This document shows, one piece after another, positions 12,261 to 26,234 of a stretch of 64,000 bases of DNA. Numbering within the stretch: the first letter of the stretch is position 1; each line of letters begins with the position of its first letter. The position numbers were made by a program, and so were the translations under genes. Source of the stretch: Hydrolagus affinis (taxonomy: Eukaryota); the NCBI GenBank assembly GCA_012026655.1, contig JAAILG010000183.1, positions 1 through 64,000 on the forward strand, in the 5' to 3' direction. The notes below the pieces were generated by a model. That model made no database searches. It worked only from the letters and a program-made list of their open reading frames with translations, and was not told the origin of the DNA.

Positions 12261-13679
12261 ATTCCGGATCTGGGTCTCTCTGCACCACCCTCTGCTGGTT
12301 CTGCGCATGGGTGGCAGCAGGAATGGGAAGAGGTCAGTCGTGGTTACGACACTCTACAATCCAGCGCCAACTCTTATTGGCAAGGTTCACAGATGAATGA
12401 TGGTCACTTAGGTGGGGCATCGGAGGCAACCATCACCCATGGAACTGCACCTCAGCAAAGGGGAGGCTGGACCAGGGGCGGAGTGGGGAGAAAATAAATA
12501 AATGAACATATATTTTAAATGAAATGATTGTGAGAGTATCATATGGATTAGAACCCAGAGGTAAAAATATTCTGGCTGTGTGGGTCTCATTGAGTGTTGC
12601 CAAGCCATTTGACTGGAGGACAACAACAACAAAATTATATCTATAGAGGACCTTCCACATTGGGAGGACATCCCAAGGTCCCAGGTTTCCATCCAAGCTG
12701 GGAATTGGAATCAATGGGGGGAGTGGAGGTGGGGATGAGAGGTGGGCCGAAGGTGAAGGGAGAGGGGAAAGGGACAAAAGGAACAGAAACAACCAACCAC
12801 GGTTGAATTTCTCTTGCTTAAGCCAGGGAATTGAGTTAACTTGTTGTGTCTCATCTGTTGCTCTATCAGCTAAGTCATCTTTCATCAAACAAACTGCCCC
12901 AGAGCTGAACTGCTACATGTGTCGCGGGCAATGGATGCTTGAGCCATATGTCCTCAAGCTGCGCTCGTCCACTCCACTCGGCCTGGATTTAACTCAAACC
13001 AATGAGCAGCCTGTTCTCCAAGCTGCGTGAAGTATTATTTAGGTAAATTTCATTTCTATTTCCAGTCAAAATAAAGAGAAGGATGAATTATTCTGTACAT
13101 TGAGATGCATTGCAAACCACTGAGATGATTAGAGCTGTCTCTATTTACTAGACCGATCACAAAACCCACTCGAAAGGAACATTATGAGTCAGGCGCACAG
13201 AAATCAGTTGTGTTTTGTTCTACAAAACCTCAGTGAATCTCACTTAAAATAAGAGAGACTTGACAGGCCTGTCAAGTAAGGGAGGTAATATAGTTGTCAT
13301 CCATCTCAATTACATCCACGCAGAATAAGAGGGAGGGAGGGAGAGAGAGAGAGAGAGAGAGAGGGGGAGGGAGTATTTTGGGCTTTGCTAAATTATTGCT
13401 GTTTAATTTTTCTCAAATTATGCCATATATTTGTTATTTCTGCTAAAGAGGTAACACAGACTGCTTTCCAGTCAATGCGCCCTCAAGCTACCCTTTTCAA
13501 TTCGAAGGTAAAACAAGAAAACTTCCATCATGAACTCTGCACTATTGCTTGCGGGATATTCCTTCATCATATTTTGTGCTGTGCACAATAACTTTGGCTT
13601 ATGTTTTACAATTAAATATTATCAGTTTGCTGAAAATTCCACTGTTGGCACGGTTCACTCTGAACTGTGATCCACGTCA

Positions 13680-14120
13680 GGCTGTCAAGCCAAGGTAATG
13701 AGCCGAGACAAAGTGCTTTCCTGAAGCGAGGAATGAACACAAGGTGAATGGACCCACGCATATGATCTGGAGTTATTCCCTACAATGGCCTTAGTTTGAA
13801 ATAGGCTGACACTCCAACGCAGTGCTGAGGGTACTCTGCTTTGGTGGAAGTTCTTTATCCTTTGCATGAGATGTGAAACCAAGGTCATGTCTGCCTGTTA
13901 GTGTGGATTTTAAAAGATTCCATGGTGTTGTAAGAACAGAGAAGGGAGTTTCTTCTGGCCAACTATATATTTTCATATCTTAACAAAATTAGTCATTCAC
14001 TTCATAGTTGTTTGTGGGACACTGGTGTGCACAAATTGGCTGCCGAGTAATCCCTGTATAGTCACTACTCTTTATCAACAAAAATTCTATGAAGCACATT
14101 ATCTTGACGACATGATAAGG
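13680..14120 (+). mobile_element. Decayed DeuSINE-type element
   Basis: aggctgacactcca, agtgctgaggg, gagatgtgaaaccaaggtc, aagattccatgg and gggagtttcttctggccaa match Deu-domain motifs as recalled from AmnSINE1/SacSINE1. Confidence 0.7.
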
Positions 14121-14127
14121 TGCTTTT

Positions 14128-14425
14128 GTGGAGTCCTGTAGCTCAGAGGTTAGAGCACTCGCCTTACAGGCATGAAACATGTGTTCAATTCCAGGCAAGG
14201 CGAAACCTTGGGCAAGATTCCTTACTCCACACGCCTAATAATAATCCCGCAAAAAACACAATAATATATTGGTCACTTCAATCCACGACTGTTTGTGGGA
14301 TACTGCTATGCGCAATTGGCGCTGCGTTTAGTCTGCAAATATACATTCAATTGACTTTACAATGTATTCTGTGAAGTGCTTTGAGATGTCTAGAAGATGT
14401 GAAAAGCACTATATTCTAATAATAC
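14128..14425 (+). mobile_element. tRNA-head SINE, short subfamily
   Basis: Junction cacacgcctaataataatccc; tail gtctagaagatgtgaaaagcactata. Confidence 0.88.
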
Positions 14426-15632
14426 TAATCCATGCATTTGATACAGTCAGGAGAATGTCTTAAAAGTGCTTTATAGGATTTTCTGTCAAGTGTATTGACT
14501 GTATTTGCATTTTGTAGGTGCATGACTGTTAACTTTCAATTAAATATGGCCCTAAATTTTTCAGTCGCAACATTCAATGAGGAGGCCACCGTAATCAGGC
14601 AGGCTAATCGGGGACTCCTGCTAGAAAGTACATATACTTTTTGGATCAGGATCAGATAAAATGAGATAAAATCAGTTGCAATCACAGCAGTTTAGCAACA
14701 CATAGCCCAGTAGGAGTCTATGCCTTTGATTAGGAGAAGGAAATTGGAAAACTTGGTCAACCCATCCCATTTGTGCAGTTGGGGGCTCCGTGATGGGTTA
14801 ATGTATAAAGCAGCATCTAATGTAGTGCTGCCCCATGCTGTGATGAATAGGTTAATCTCAACCAGAGCAACGTTTGGAACGCTACAAATGGCCTTAGCCG
14901 CTCGTGGGCAAAAAGAAAAGGCAGTCGATGTTTTCACTCCTGTACCCTGCCCTGGACAGTAAAATCAATTAATCAATCTTATAATCGCCAAAGTCGCACA
15001 TTCACTCGAATGTGTGTTCAGTTTCCTATCAAAACCACTCAGGTTTCCTAACTTAGGACACCGCTCTCCTCTATTGCTCCCGCACACCCAGTCTTCACCC
15101 GTCAACGTACGCGCAGACAAACTTCATTTCCCTCATTTCACTGCAACTTTTGCCGATCAGTGCATGGGGCGACACGTCAAAGAGGCATTGAATTGCCGGA
15201 AACCTAATCTAGACCCTCACCACATGTGAACCTATCGGTTGCATTGAATTATGCATGCACAGCGTAAGTTATTGATTAGATTGGATTTTATGCGACTTGT
15301 AGAGTTTGCCTGTAACTTGGACTTTTATGTTAAACGTTGTAGCTCAGACTGACATGACTTATGTGAGTTTTACAATGTACGGTTGTTGGGTAAAGACAGG
15401 CTCAACCTGTTTCAATGGTCAACGAAAGTGCCAAGGTTACAAAACATATAAAATTCATTATTGAGCAACGACATAAGAATAACGATGAGCTCCAGCAATG
15501 GTTAATGAGCGCTCACAAACCAGTACTTTCTCCCTCACTGCAGAAACCTATGATAACCCAAACATACACTGTTGAGACTGAAACCATAATATTTAAATGG
15601 GAATTTGATAAGCATTTCAAGGGGAAAAACTG

Positions 15633-15970
15633 AGCTCCTGCAGCTCAATGGTTAGAGCACTCTCCTTACAAGTGCGAGACCTGTGTTCGAACCCAGGCAG
15701 GGCAGGGCGAAACCTTGGGCAAGTTTCCTTACTCCACACGCCTAATAAGAATCCCTCCAAAAAAAAACACAATCATAAACATTGGTCATTTTCAATCCAC
15801 GACTGTTTATGGGACACTGCTGTGTGCAATTCACTGCCGAGTTTCGCTCACAAATATACAGTCAATTCACTTTACAGCACAGTATATTCTGTGAAGCGCT
15901 TTGACACGTCGATAAAATGTGAAAAGCGCTATATCAAATACTGTACAAGGATTATTATTAGTATTATAAT
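15633..15970 (+). mobile_element. tRNA-head SINE, short subfamily
   Basis: Head, junction cacacgcctaataagaatccc, (ATT)n tail. Confidence 0.88.
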
Positions 15971-17129
15971 CAGGGTTCTGGGAAACAGCAGGGACTTGGG
16001 ATCAGATGGTTCAGCTTCAGTGGAGAGTTAGCACCAGATTAGTTTCAAAAGAGCAAATGGTCTTGTCCTATGCAATAATTCTGTGATCTCTCTCACACTA
16101 TTTTACTAACAGAGTACAATACTGAAATTTCAATGTTCAGTCTCATTTGTCACGGAAGGATATGGAATTCAGCAGCAGATTTAGTAATTCTTGGAACTAA
16201 AAGTAAAACTAAAAGGTTGTCCTTTCTCCCAACAGCTGCGTTCTGAGTGGCAGCAATAATTTCTACTTCACAGGAATTTCTGTAAAACTGGAATAAATTA
16301 CAGGGATCACCTACGATTGCTTATTAGTCAGCCTCCAGAAGGTTCAGCTGACTGGCACGCTTCTCCAGTCTCATACTGGAAATGAAGAGAAAATATATGT
16401 AGGTACATGTCAGGAGAACCTGAGCACTTTTAACATGACAAATGAAATTGCTTGTAATTACTGGAGGCCTTTTGATCCCAGTCCAAAGCATCTTTTAAAT
16501 CTGATCCTTTCAGAATCGTTTCGATGAGAGGGAAAACAATTTCAAGGGGTTCCGATTTTCATTTTGTGTTGAATCATGCCTGGCATGAGCTGTGCTTCTC
16601 ACTGACAAAACATCCATATGTTTGTGTTTGTTAGGTTTGGTTTGTTTTCAGAACTACCATTTTTTAAAAGGACTGAGAAAAAGAAAGATCAGAAACAAGA
16701 GGAAAGGGATGAAAAACATTCTAAGTTACAGTTGCGTCTTAGCATTGGAAGGGCATTTCTGTTGGAGCCACAGTTTTACTAAGCGAGTAAACCGATGTAG
16801 TTGTATTTTTTCAAACCTTACATGACTCAAAAATATTACTTCACTCCCAGAACCAACCCGAACTGATTTGAAACATGTTAGTGTGAATAGAATCCAATTT
16901 CCTTCTTCCGACTAAACCAGATAGCGGGTTTAACTTTGATCAGACAGACAGCAGATGCAAACGTAGGACTCATGAACCAATTAAATTTAGCAATATGTTT
17001 AGTCTTGTCTTCCTTGTGATGTAAAAGTTTAACTCCAGAACAATCCCAATAGTTTCCACCTGGGTTAATACAGACACAGCTGATCCAATTTGGCTAAACT
17101 GGATGATTCAGATTTTCCCCTCCATTCAT

Positions 17130-17345
17130 TTTCCTTTACCCAGAGGGTAATTTATGGTAATTAAGGTTGCCAGGAAAAGTGGTTGGTGCCAGGACATTGA
17201 ATAAAAAGGTAGGAGGCCATTCACCACTGACCATACTAAGCTGGACTTATAAACGGCTTGATGTTATGACAGCTATTCTGTAAAGGTGAGAACAGATGGG
17301 CCAAAGGACCGTACTCATCTGAATTAATCTTGCGATGCTTGTGAA
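17130..17345 (+). mobile_element. CR1 LINE 3' fragment
   Basis: tttacccagagggtaat...ttgccaggaaaagtggttg is FTQRV..LP..VV-like, followed by a gatgggccaaaggacc 3'UTR motif. Confidence 0.6.
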
Positions 17346-17799
17346 TTCATATACAATTATGTAATAAGTTAATCGCTCATCTCTCTTTAGCTCCAACCAC
17401 TCCCATATTCATTGGCTGATTACACATAAAATAGCCATTGAAAACTATGTGACACAGCTTGACATAACTTGATTTCCAAGTTTTCTGTTTTCCTTTAAGA
17501 ATATATCATACGTGCATTAATACAGCATATAGTGAGTGACCAATTTTTGGTAACTCCCTTCATTTTTTTTAATAGTGACAAAGGTTTGACATCCGAAGGA
17601 CGGCACCTCTGACAATGCAGCTCTCCCCAGCTCTGCATCAGCATGTCAGCCTACACTGGGATCTTTAAGTACAGCTGGGATGCAGTTTGCCACTATTTAA
17701 TAATTTGCCCACGAAATTCACACGGTGGCATTACTTTTTAATGGAATATTCTGTGAAGTGCTTTGAGACAATGTTTTAGGTCCTATATCAAATCATACT

Positions 17800-18132
17800 A
17801 AATAATAATAATCCTTGCATTTGGTACAGCGCTTTCCACGTCTTCTAGACGTCTCAAAGTGCTTCACAGAATATTCTGTAAAGTTAATTGACTGTATATT
17901 TTGTGGGTGTACTTCACAAACCGCCATGAATTGGGTTGCTTCACAATAATATTATTATTGTGTATTTATTTTGAAGGGATTACCCCCAGAAAAACAATCC
18001 GACAATCAATCAACAATTACTGCTAGGTAAACAGAGGCGTGTGGAGTAAGAAAACTAGCCTAATGTTTTGCTGAACCCATGTCCTTTTGTTTGTGAGGTG
18101 AGTGCTCTAAACAATATGCTAATGGACTCCAC
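17800..18132 (-). mobile_element. tRNA-head SINE
   Basis: aataataataatccttgcattt tail through ggactccac head, in reverse orientation. Confidence 0.82.
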
Positions 18133-18954
18133 GTGAAAGGATTATTATTGCAGTACCTTTCCTGCAATGATCCATTTGAGGCATGAAAATCCCTGAACAG
18201 GTGAAATCTAAGTCTGTTCAATGAAAACAGACAAACTGAATCCATTTCAGGTTTTTAGTTGTGCTTGCTTGCTGCTGCTCGCCCTGCCACTGGACTGTTA
18301 AACGCACTGAATTGCGGCTCGTGGCCTTTCTGCAAACCAAGATTTACATTTATTAGCCATATGTCTAATTTATGCATTGCAAGTGAGAAATTTGAGGTTA
18401 GGAATAGTGGCATCATCTACTTCACATTTTGTCCTCGTCCATTCATTTAGTACTGTCCCACACAATATATGTGTGCTACAAACAGCTGGTGGATCACCAG
18501 CTATTTAACATTGTATTATGAGTTTAAATTGGCATTAGATTTAGAAGTGAGCTGAACAGGAGTGCCTCACAAGCTCAGGGCAGCCTGTCCATTAGGAGCT
18601 AAATTGACTGGAGGTGTTAATGAGTGGAGACTGGGCCCCTTTGATGTGTGAAGGTCAGTGCGCCATAAGACAGGAGACAAAGAAACATTTGGTGACTCCC
18701 CCTGTGCTGACCCATCAAAATAAACAAACGGCTCTGGCCAAAGGGTCCAACACCTCCCTCCATCCAGATGAGAGGCTGGAGTCCTGGAGAGCAGCCAAAC
18801 TGATTAAGCCACAGATGGGAAAGTGTTGAAGCCCTTTCTATCCACAACAGGATGTTCACAAAGTCCTGTTACCCCCTCATGTGTTTTTTCTTGCAACAAT
18901 TTTTTTATTTTCTGTTTCAGATGATTTGAGTGTAACAATGTCTGATCTCAGTAA

Positions 18955-19125
18955 CTTGCCCGTCCGCTGATGGTAAGGCGAATTGGGTGGGGGACATGAA
19001 ACAGGCTGGAGCCTGCTGAAGCAGAGGGGGCGGGGAGTTTCATAGGGGGACAGCAGGTCAGAGAGGTGGTGACCTTGAAGGTGAGGATGAGTATCTTGAA
19101 TTCGATGGGTGAGAAGATAGATAAA
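18955..19125 (-). mobile_element. L2 LINE ORF2 fragment
   Basis: Minus translation IEFKILILTFK...LSDLLSPYETPRPL. Confidence 0.72.
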
Positions 19126-21259
19126 CATTGAATTTCCAACTGTTAATTAACGATTGATTTGAAATTCTCTGGGTGTCTTAGCAGGTTGGCTCAAGGAAGA
19201 GCAGACCAGGCAAGTCCCAGCTTTGATTCCCCAGTCTGCGCTGAGCCAGCTGATTTTAAGTGGGGCAACAGTGGAAGCAGCCAGTAACTATAAATACCAG
19301 CTTGAAGTTAAAATATATATTTAAAAGTTAGAATACACTGAAAAGTATTCCTAAATGCAATCAGTTTCAGAGAAGACTTTAAGATTGGGTTTGATTCGTA
19401 AGATGGGGGTGAAACCTTAGGCAAGTTTCCATACTCTGCACACCTATATTTACCTAGCAATAAATTGCAACCCGGTTGTTAGTTGATTGGTGGATCACTT
19501 TCCACAGGTAATAATTCCTCCTCCAAAAAAAATGTGCTCACTCAATCTGTGACTGTTTGTGGGACACTGCTGTGTGCAATTGTCTGCCACAAAATACAGA
19601 ATCAATCTACTTTACAGTACATTCTGTGAACTGCTTTGAAATATCTCAACCACGTGATACCAAACAAAAGAATTATTATTATTATTTATTTAAATATCTC
19701 TCGGTTTTAAACTTTAAAACTGTCACCAATTTTCTCCCTACAGCTTCCCTAGACATTGTTACTCGCTGCTATAGTATCTAAATCAAGTAGTCAGATTTGG
19801 CAATAGTGCGTGTGTATGTGGGGTGGGAGGGGTGGAGAGGGTATGGGGGTGGAAGAGATAGAAAGACTGTGCCGCAGCTGGGCCAGATCGTATCCTCAGA
19901 GAATGTCCACAGGAACATCAAGGACACCAGATAACGATCAGGAGTGGAAAGCTAACTTGCAGCATAGGAATACTGATGCAAATTACACTTACTAAATGCC
20001 CTGATTGGAATAAATACACTCATCAAAGACCAGACGAGAGATCTTTTACATATGTGTGCATTAGTTTCAGTGACTATCAGCTAAGCCATCAAAATAATTG
20101 CTCCTTTCAAACTTGAATTGCTTTTCAGTTTTCAGTTGGCAAAGGGAAGGGAATATATCTTAATTTTTGGTAGTAAAGCTATATTTAAAAAGCTGAGATC
20201 ATCTCAGAATCTGGAGACTAACTTCCCTGAATACCTCAAAATATTCACTGAGGCACTACAGTATTTGGCATATCCAAGCATCATTTGGTTCTGGATCAAA
20301 GTGATCTATTGCTAACATTTGAAAGAATGCAAGATGTTGGCTTATGACAGGGTTAACCGGTACACTCTGGGTTAGGAAGTGGCTGCTTGGGACAAGCTTT
20401 GCAACCAGTCAAAAGATGTAGATTTCATCTGGGTTTCGATCAAGTAGATCATATCCAGGGCTACATTTTCCATTCAAGGAGTTTGACATTGAGATTTGCC
20501 CACAGCCCGAGTTGAACGAAATGTTCATTTGCCACAACTCTTACCGATCAAGACTTTTAAAGTCATGTGATGCCTGAGGTCAGCTTCTATTTGAAATGGA
20601 GCCACGCAATCGACTGAATCAAAATCAGGCACCAGAAAGTTAAAGATTGTTTTTCTGGAGCTTGCTGCCTTTGCTGCTGCTATTATCCCCAATGGTTCAT
20701 TTCATCTCGGATGTCACTACTCATACTGTGCTAGCCAGGTGATAAGCAGCAAACATCACAGCTATCCAGCAAGAAAGAGAGAACGTACATTCTTATTGCA
20801 CCTTATCACATCAAATTGTCTCAAAGGGTATTCACAGATAATTAATATTGAGAAACGCTAGCCATTTATGCTTTTCTCTTGAAAGAACATTATTGCCCAC
20901 TCCTTTGCTGAAAGCACCCACAGACAGACAACCCATTGCTTGAGCTTTAGCTATGGAGTTCTTGCATATACTACAGTATTAGGGGGTGACAGAGCTTGAA
21001 GATGGTGGAGGTGAAATGTGCCAGCAAATTCAAGAATGAATTGTAGAGCTACTTGTACTAATAATTGTCCCTGCATTTGTTATAGCATCATATGAAGTCG
21101 GAAGGACATCTCAAAAGTTTCACAAAATTTGACAATTTGGCAAAGAAATCAATTGCGGAATGGCAAAATTAAGATGTGTACATTTTCTTTCTTTTAACAC
21201 GAACCACCTAACAACATAGGACTTTTAGGATCCATTATTTACAATCCCACAACCCTGCA

Positions 21260-21600
21260 ACAGTAAATCTTTGCATTTTACATAGTTCCCTACCGTGCTG
21301 TGGACACGTCTCGAAGTGCTTCACGAGATTTTAGTGACTATATTTTTTAGTGAAGATGAAGGTCAATTTGCGCACTACAATGTCTCAGAAGCAGTCAAGA
21401 AGTGAACGACAAATTTTATTTGGGGGATTGTTGGCCAAAACACCTGGAGAAACTCCCATTTTCTTTTCGAATAGGGCCGGCCATGGGATCTTAAACATCT
21501 ACCTGAAAGGCAGATGAGACCTTGGATTAACATCTCAGCACACCTCCAGCAATGCATTGAAGTATCAGCCTAGACTGCGTGTTCAAAATCATGATGTAGT
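21260..21600 (-). mobile_element. DeuSINE-type element
   Basis: Revcomp Deu motifs ttttcgaatag, ccatgggatctt and gtatcagcctaga. Confidence 0.72.
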
Positions 21601-24600
21601 GCTTCATCCCAAATTGAGGCAAGCTACAACGACTATTCCTCTCCTTTCCCTAACTCCCTGTAGGGAATCTGTGGCCTCTGCTGTGCTTCTCTGAACAGTA
21701 CATTTGTGACACATTATGTGATACCTTGGTGTTCTCACAAAACAGTACATATCAGTCATAATACAGATAATAATAATAATCCTTGCATTTGATATAGCGC
21801 TGTTCACGTCTTCTAGACGTCTCAAAGCTCTTCACCGAATATACTCTAAAGTGAATTGAATGTGTATTTGTGGACAAAACGTTAATTTAAATCATTTAAA
21901 TAATTTAGATCACCTAAATATGAACCTTCTGCAGTCCCCCAAATGTGTCTTAATCATAACATCAGAAATACATGCTCTACTGCGCCTGTGCAATGTTTCA
22001 AACGTTTACTATAATACTAGTGTCTGCAAGCACAGCAATGAAATGGTTAAATGCAGGAACACAGTAGGAAGCTACTGAATGCATTTTTTTACACAAAAAA
22101 AGTGATGAAGGTCTGTTTGAAAATGAGTCTGTGAAGCATCTGAACTGAGGCAGAGATCAGAGGAGATTTGTGCAATCTGGTTTCAATATGCTTTTGAGAC
22201 TCCGGCAGGAAGTGCCTTTCACATTGCAACTTACAATGAAAACCTTCTGAAGTCCATCTCTGGAGGAGTTTATTACTGATGAAACTAATTACACGTGCTG
22301 TCCTCTCTTTCTATTTATGCTCCCGACTGGGTGAAGGAAGTTTGAAAGGAAATCGGAGAGTAAATCAGTTCCATATTTGCAACCCTAAAAAGCTGGGCAT
22401 ATTTGGACTATAGCTTTCGTTTAAAGGAGCACTCTTGTTGCAAGCCACTTTACTGCTCACGAAAAGAGGCATCCACACTGAAACAACTGTGTAGCACTAG
22501 ATCATTTTTAATATACCGTACAGTACTTAATCCTAGTAGCTGCTGGTAAAGTATGCTCGGACAGATCAGAACAACAAGTTGCTCTTACATAGTGTCCCAG
22601 AGTGCTTGATAATGGTGTAGCACAAGGTTGAGCTGGAGGGGATTCAGGAAGAGTGTTCCAGAGTTTCGGGGCATAATTGTTAAAAACGGGACCTCCAATG
22701 GTGGGGCATAATGAGAAGGGCTAACAGAGAGTTGTTACCGAGCCCTACAGTTGAGTTTTCCCTCCCTCCCTCACACACACACACACACACACATTATGCA
22801 CACAGTTGGAATGGTACAACTGCGAAGTTTCTCTGGCTATGTCATCTGCTGTTAAATCAATACTTTTGTGTGCAGTAATTCCCTTCGGCCAGCTGCAGAA
22901 AGAGAGACAGGAAGTGGGGTCCAGAAGTTAATTGTAATTCTTTGCAACAAATTGCAACAAGGAGCGCTGACATTCCGACTCCGTCTCTCGGCTCATTCCG
23001 GGGGCACAGAATAGACGTGATAAAGACTCCGGGATAAGGCCACAAGTTTTATCCGTGTGCATCATTGTTTTTTTTAAAAAATGCCACGTTAAGACATGGA
23101 TCGTCTGCCATTGCCAATTTTAAGTCCAACAGCGGAATATCAAGTTCCTCAGAATTCCTGGGTTGATGCCTGATTTAGTCCCAGTATTATATTAAACAGC
23201 ATCAATTTCAACCCCGTATTGCACTTTTCCACATCAATTATTCTCATGTGGCCTGTGAGAATAACTGATGCAAAATAAGGAAGCTTTGGTCTAGCTCCTC
23301 GCATCCCGACAAATGCCGATGAAATACCCAAAGATTCCATAGCAACCAGTCCTTGTGTTTGACCAAACATACACACCTTTCACCTGCCGGTGAGTCCGTG
23401 TGATTTACACCATTGAATCATCCAGACTACACAAATACATGGGGACTTTAGGGACTGTCTCTGAAGATCTCTTTCCTTCCACTACAGCACACAAAATTCC
23501 AACACCCCAATGCTGGCAGCAAGATCAGTGCAGTTGTTTTATTTCAGAGCAACAGATAACTACTTTGGCATGTATGTATGAATGCTTGCAGCTGAGCACT
23601 GAGAGACTGATGCAACCATACTGGAGGCTGATCCTTTTCCAATGAGCCAGCTGTTAATGTACATTTCTTGGACACATACATTTGTTCTGGGATTTTATAA
23701 AGCAGTTTTAATCAGGCTGACTACATATCAGCCCAAATTTGGTAACGAACTAACATGAATCACTTTAATACTTAATTTAAAAAAAATTATACTGAAACAA
23801 ATAGATTCCCCATAGTTCAGAGTGACTGCACTTGGCTGTATCTTGGTGTAATGATGACATGGGGAATAATCAGCTTGAAATCCAATCACCAGTGTTGCTG
23901 GATAACTGAGGCAAATTAGCCCTAAACCATGAAACTGATCTGCACCCTGCTGAGCCAGACCAGTGTTTCACAGACCCAGTGGCTCTGCTTCTGGTAGCCC
24001 CTAAATCAGAATCATTTTAACCCTGTATTTACCACATTCCTGCTCACAATAGCTTTCCTTGTGTTCAATTCTACTCCCTTAAGATCTTAGACCTACCTGA
24101 GTATTTACTTGCCACCTTTCACATTCTCTATGGGAATAATTGTAGTAGTAATAGTAATAACAACAGCAATCTTTGCATTTGATGTAGCACAGTGAGTTGG
24201 CTGTGTATCTTGTGTGTGAAACGCAACAGGTAATTATGCAAAGCGGTGTCCCACAAAGTTGTGAATCGAGTGATGAAATTATCTTTAAATTTTTTTAAAA
24301 AAAGGATTATTACCCCCAGAAAGCAATCTGCCAACGGACTAACAACGGAATTCCCACTCATTGCTATGTTAATAGAGCTGGTAACCAGTATCAAGGTGCT
24401 GCTAGGTATCTAGTGTCAGCCAGGCTCAGCCGATAAGACAGACTCTCGCCTCCATAAAAGCCGAAATATCTTGGCCATAATTCATCTGTCTGTCAATCTG
24501 TACTTTGGCAGAAGACATCAAGTGGGAAAAATGAAATAACCTGTCAATATCACAGTAAAAACACAAACTCTCTTTCTCACTCTGGCTTCTGCGCTCTTTT

Positions 24601-26234
24601 TGTCTTTTGCCGTCTCTTGCCCTCTTTGAAGCCAAACAATTTGTCCAATTTCCGAGGGCACGGCACTCAGCAATGCCTGAGGCATTTCATAGATTGGACA
24701 ACAAAGCTGATCAATTGAGAAACAGAATTCAACAAAGTCACACTGTGGGCTGAATTTAGCACGCTTGTTATCCTTGGGCTTGCTGCTCACTAAATGAATT
24801 GCTGCCACATTCACCTCTGAAATACACAGTCACTACACTTTGTGTTAAGTACTTTGAGTTGTTCTTGGACAAGACCAAATGCAAGGATTATTATTGTTAT
24901 TATCATCATACTAGTTGATGAGAAAATCAAGACAATTGAATTTATTTCCAGAAATGGAAAAAAACAGATAAAGTGAAATTACCAGATAATTTCTAAATAT
25001 AGTACATGTTATATATGGATATGGCTGGTTTGCCATGCTAAGGTCGACAGATTCATATTTTGTCCAAAAGGAACATGGTTGATTTGTGGATAAAGAAAGA
25101 ACAAACAACTCTGCTACAAAACGTTCAGTTACTTGGGAGTTTCTGTATTATTTGGATAACTAAAAGCAAATGAGAACTCACTGATCCTTAGTGATTCATA
25201 CTGTGATTCAGAAAGAAAAAATTCAAGGAAATGACATGCCACCTTTGAATGAAAATTGCCAGTGGATTAAACTAGCTCACTTAGTATTAAAACACCAGAG
25301 AAACAGTTTATGCTTGTGATTTTTACTGGAGGGAAGTAGAGTTTGACACAATGGGAGTTCACAGAGAGGGATTGAACCAATGGAATATTAAACAATTGGC
25401 ATGAAATGGGATTCTACACCATGAGATCTAATTCAAACACAATTCAGTAAAGTAGAATTGAAAGATTTGAGTGTCTCCTCTGGAGCGTGATGTACGACAT
25501 TGCAAATAATTGATATGCAATAAAACATCAATTATGGCCTTATCCTTGTAACATGTATTTAGAAATTATCCAGATCCATGCATTTCCTCTTTTCTAAAGA
25601 TTTTTTTCCACGTGAATTTATGAGCGAAATGACCGCCTACCCTATCACATTGGTTGCATTTTACGATTTCACAAGTATAGAGCACAATCCCCTCTGAGCA
25701 GCTGCAAATATCGTCATGTATAGATCTAATATGTAGTCACTTGGGTTGGGTCTGGGTTCGGGTAAAGGAGAGATGCAATTAGTGGGCTCGTTTATGTTGA
25801 AATCTGACTCGACAAAAAGTGAGGATGATATCATTTATATCTGTACGAACAAGAAAGAATTCCTGAATGTACACAGTTGGGACGTTCACTGTTGCCAATG
25901 TTGATGAGTGGACCAAGCCCTGTGGGAGTGTCACCTTGCAATTGGTGTGTAAAACACGTTTAAACTGGCTTAATCTGAACTGGAGCGCAGGTTAAGTGTA
26001 ACAGTGATGCTGCACATCCACAAGACTAGCTGGAATTACTATATTCACCAGGCTTCAGGCTGAGATCTCGCCTACCTCAAGACACATTGTACCCTCTTTT
26101 AATGCGCTTTGGTACTTTTATAGCTCAGAACATGTGCAGATCTAGTCAAATACAGACCCAGCTAGAGTATTTGGGGTTGGGTGGGGAAGCAGATTGAATC
26201 CCATATGGTATACAGCAAATACGCTACATTTCCA

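Noticed and set aside
10954-15373. Exact 19-mer tgacttatgtgagttttac at about 10954 and 15354
   Set aside because: The similarity does not clearly extend; probably a remnant of an old repeat and too short to classify.
16430-16550. Minus-strand DALDWD resembling the INKA1 ALDWDSG motif
   Set aside because: It is bounded by nearby stops and there is no Inka-box ORF; coincidental.
18157-18192. 36-nt minus-strand AG..GT segment
   Set aside because: Weak donor (gtactg) next to a SINE tail, and no similarity to the E1 UFD.
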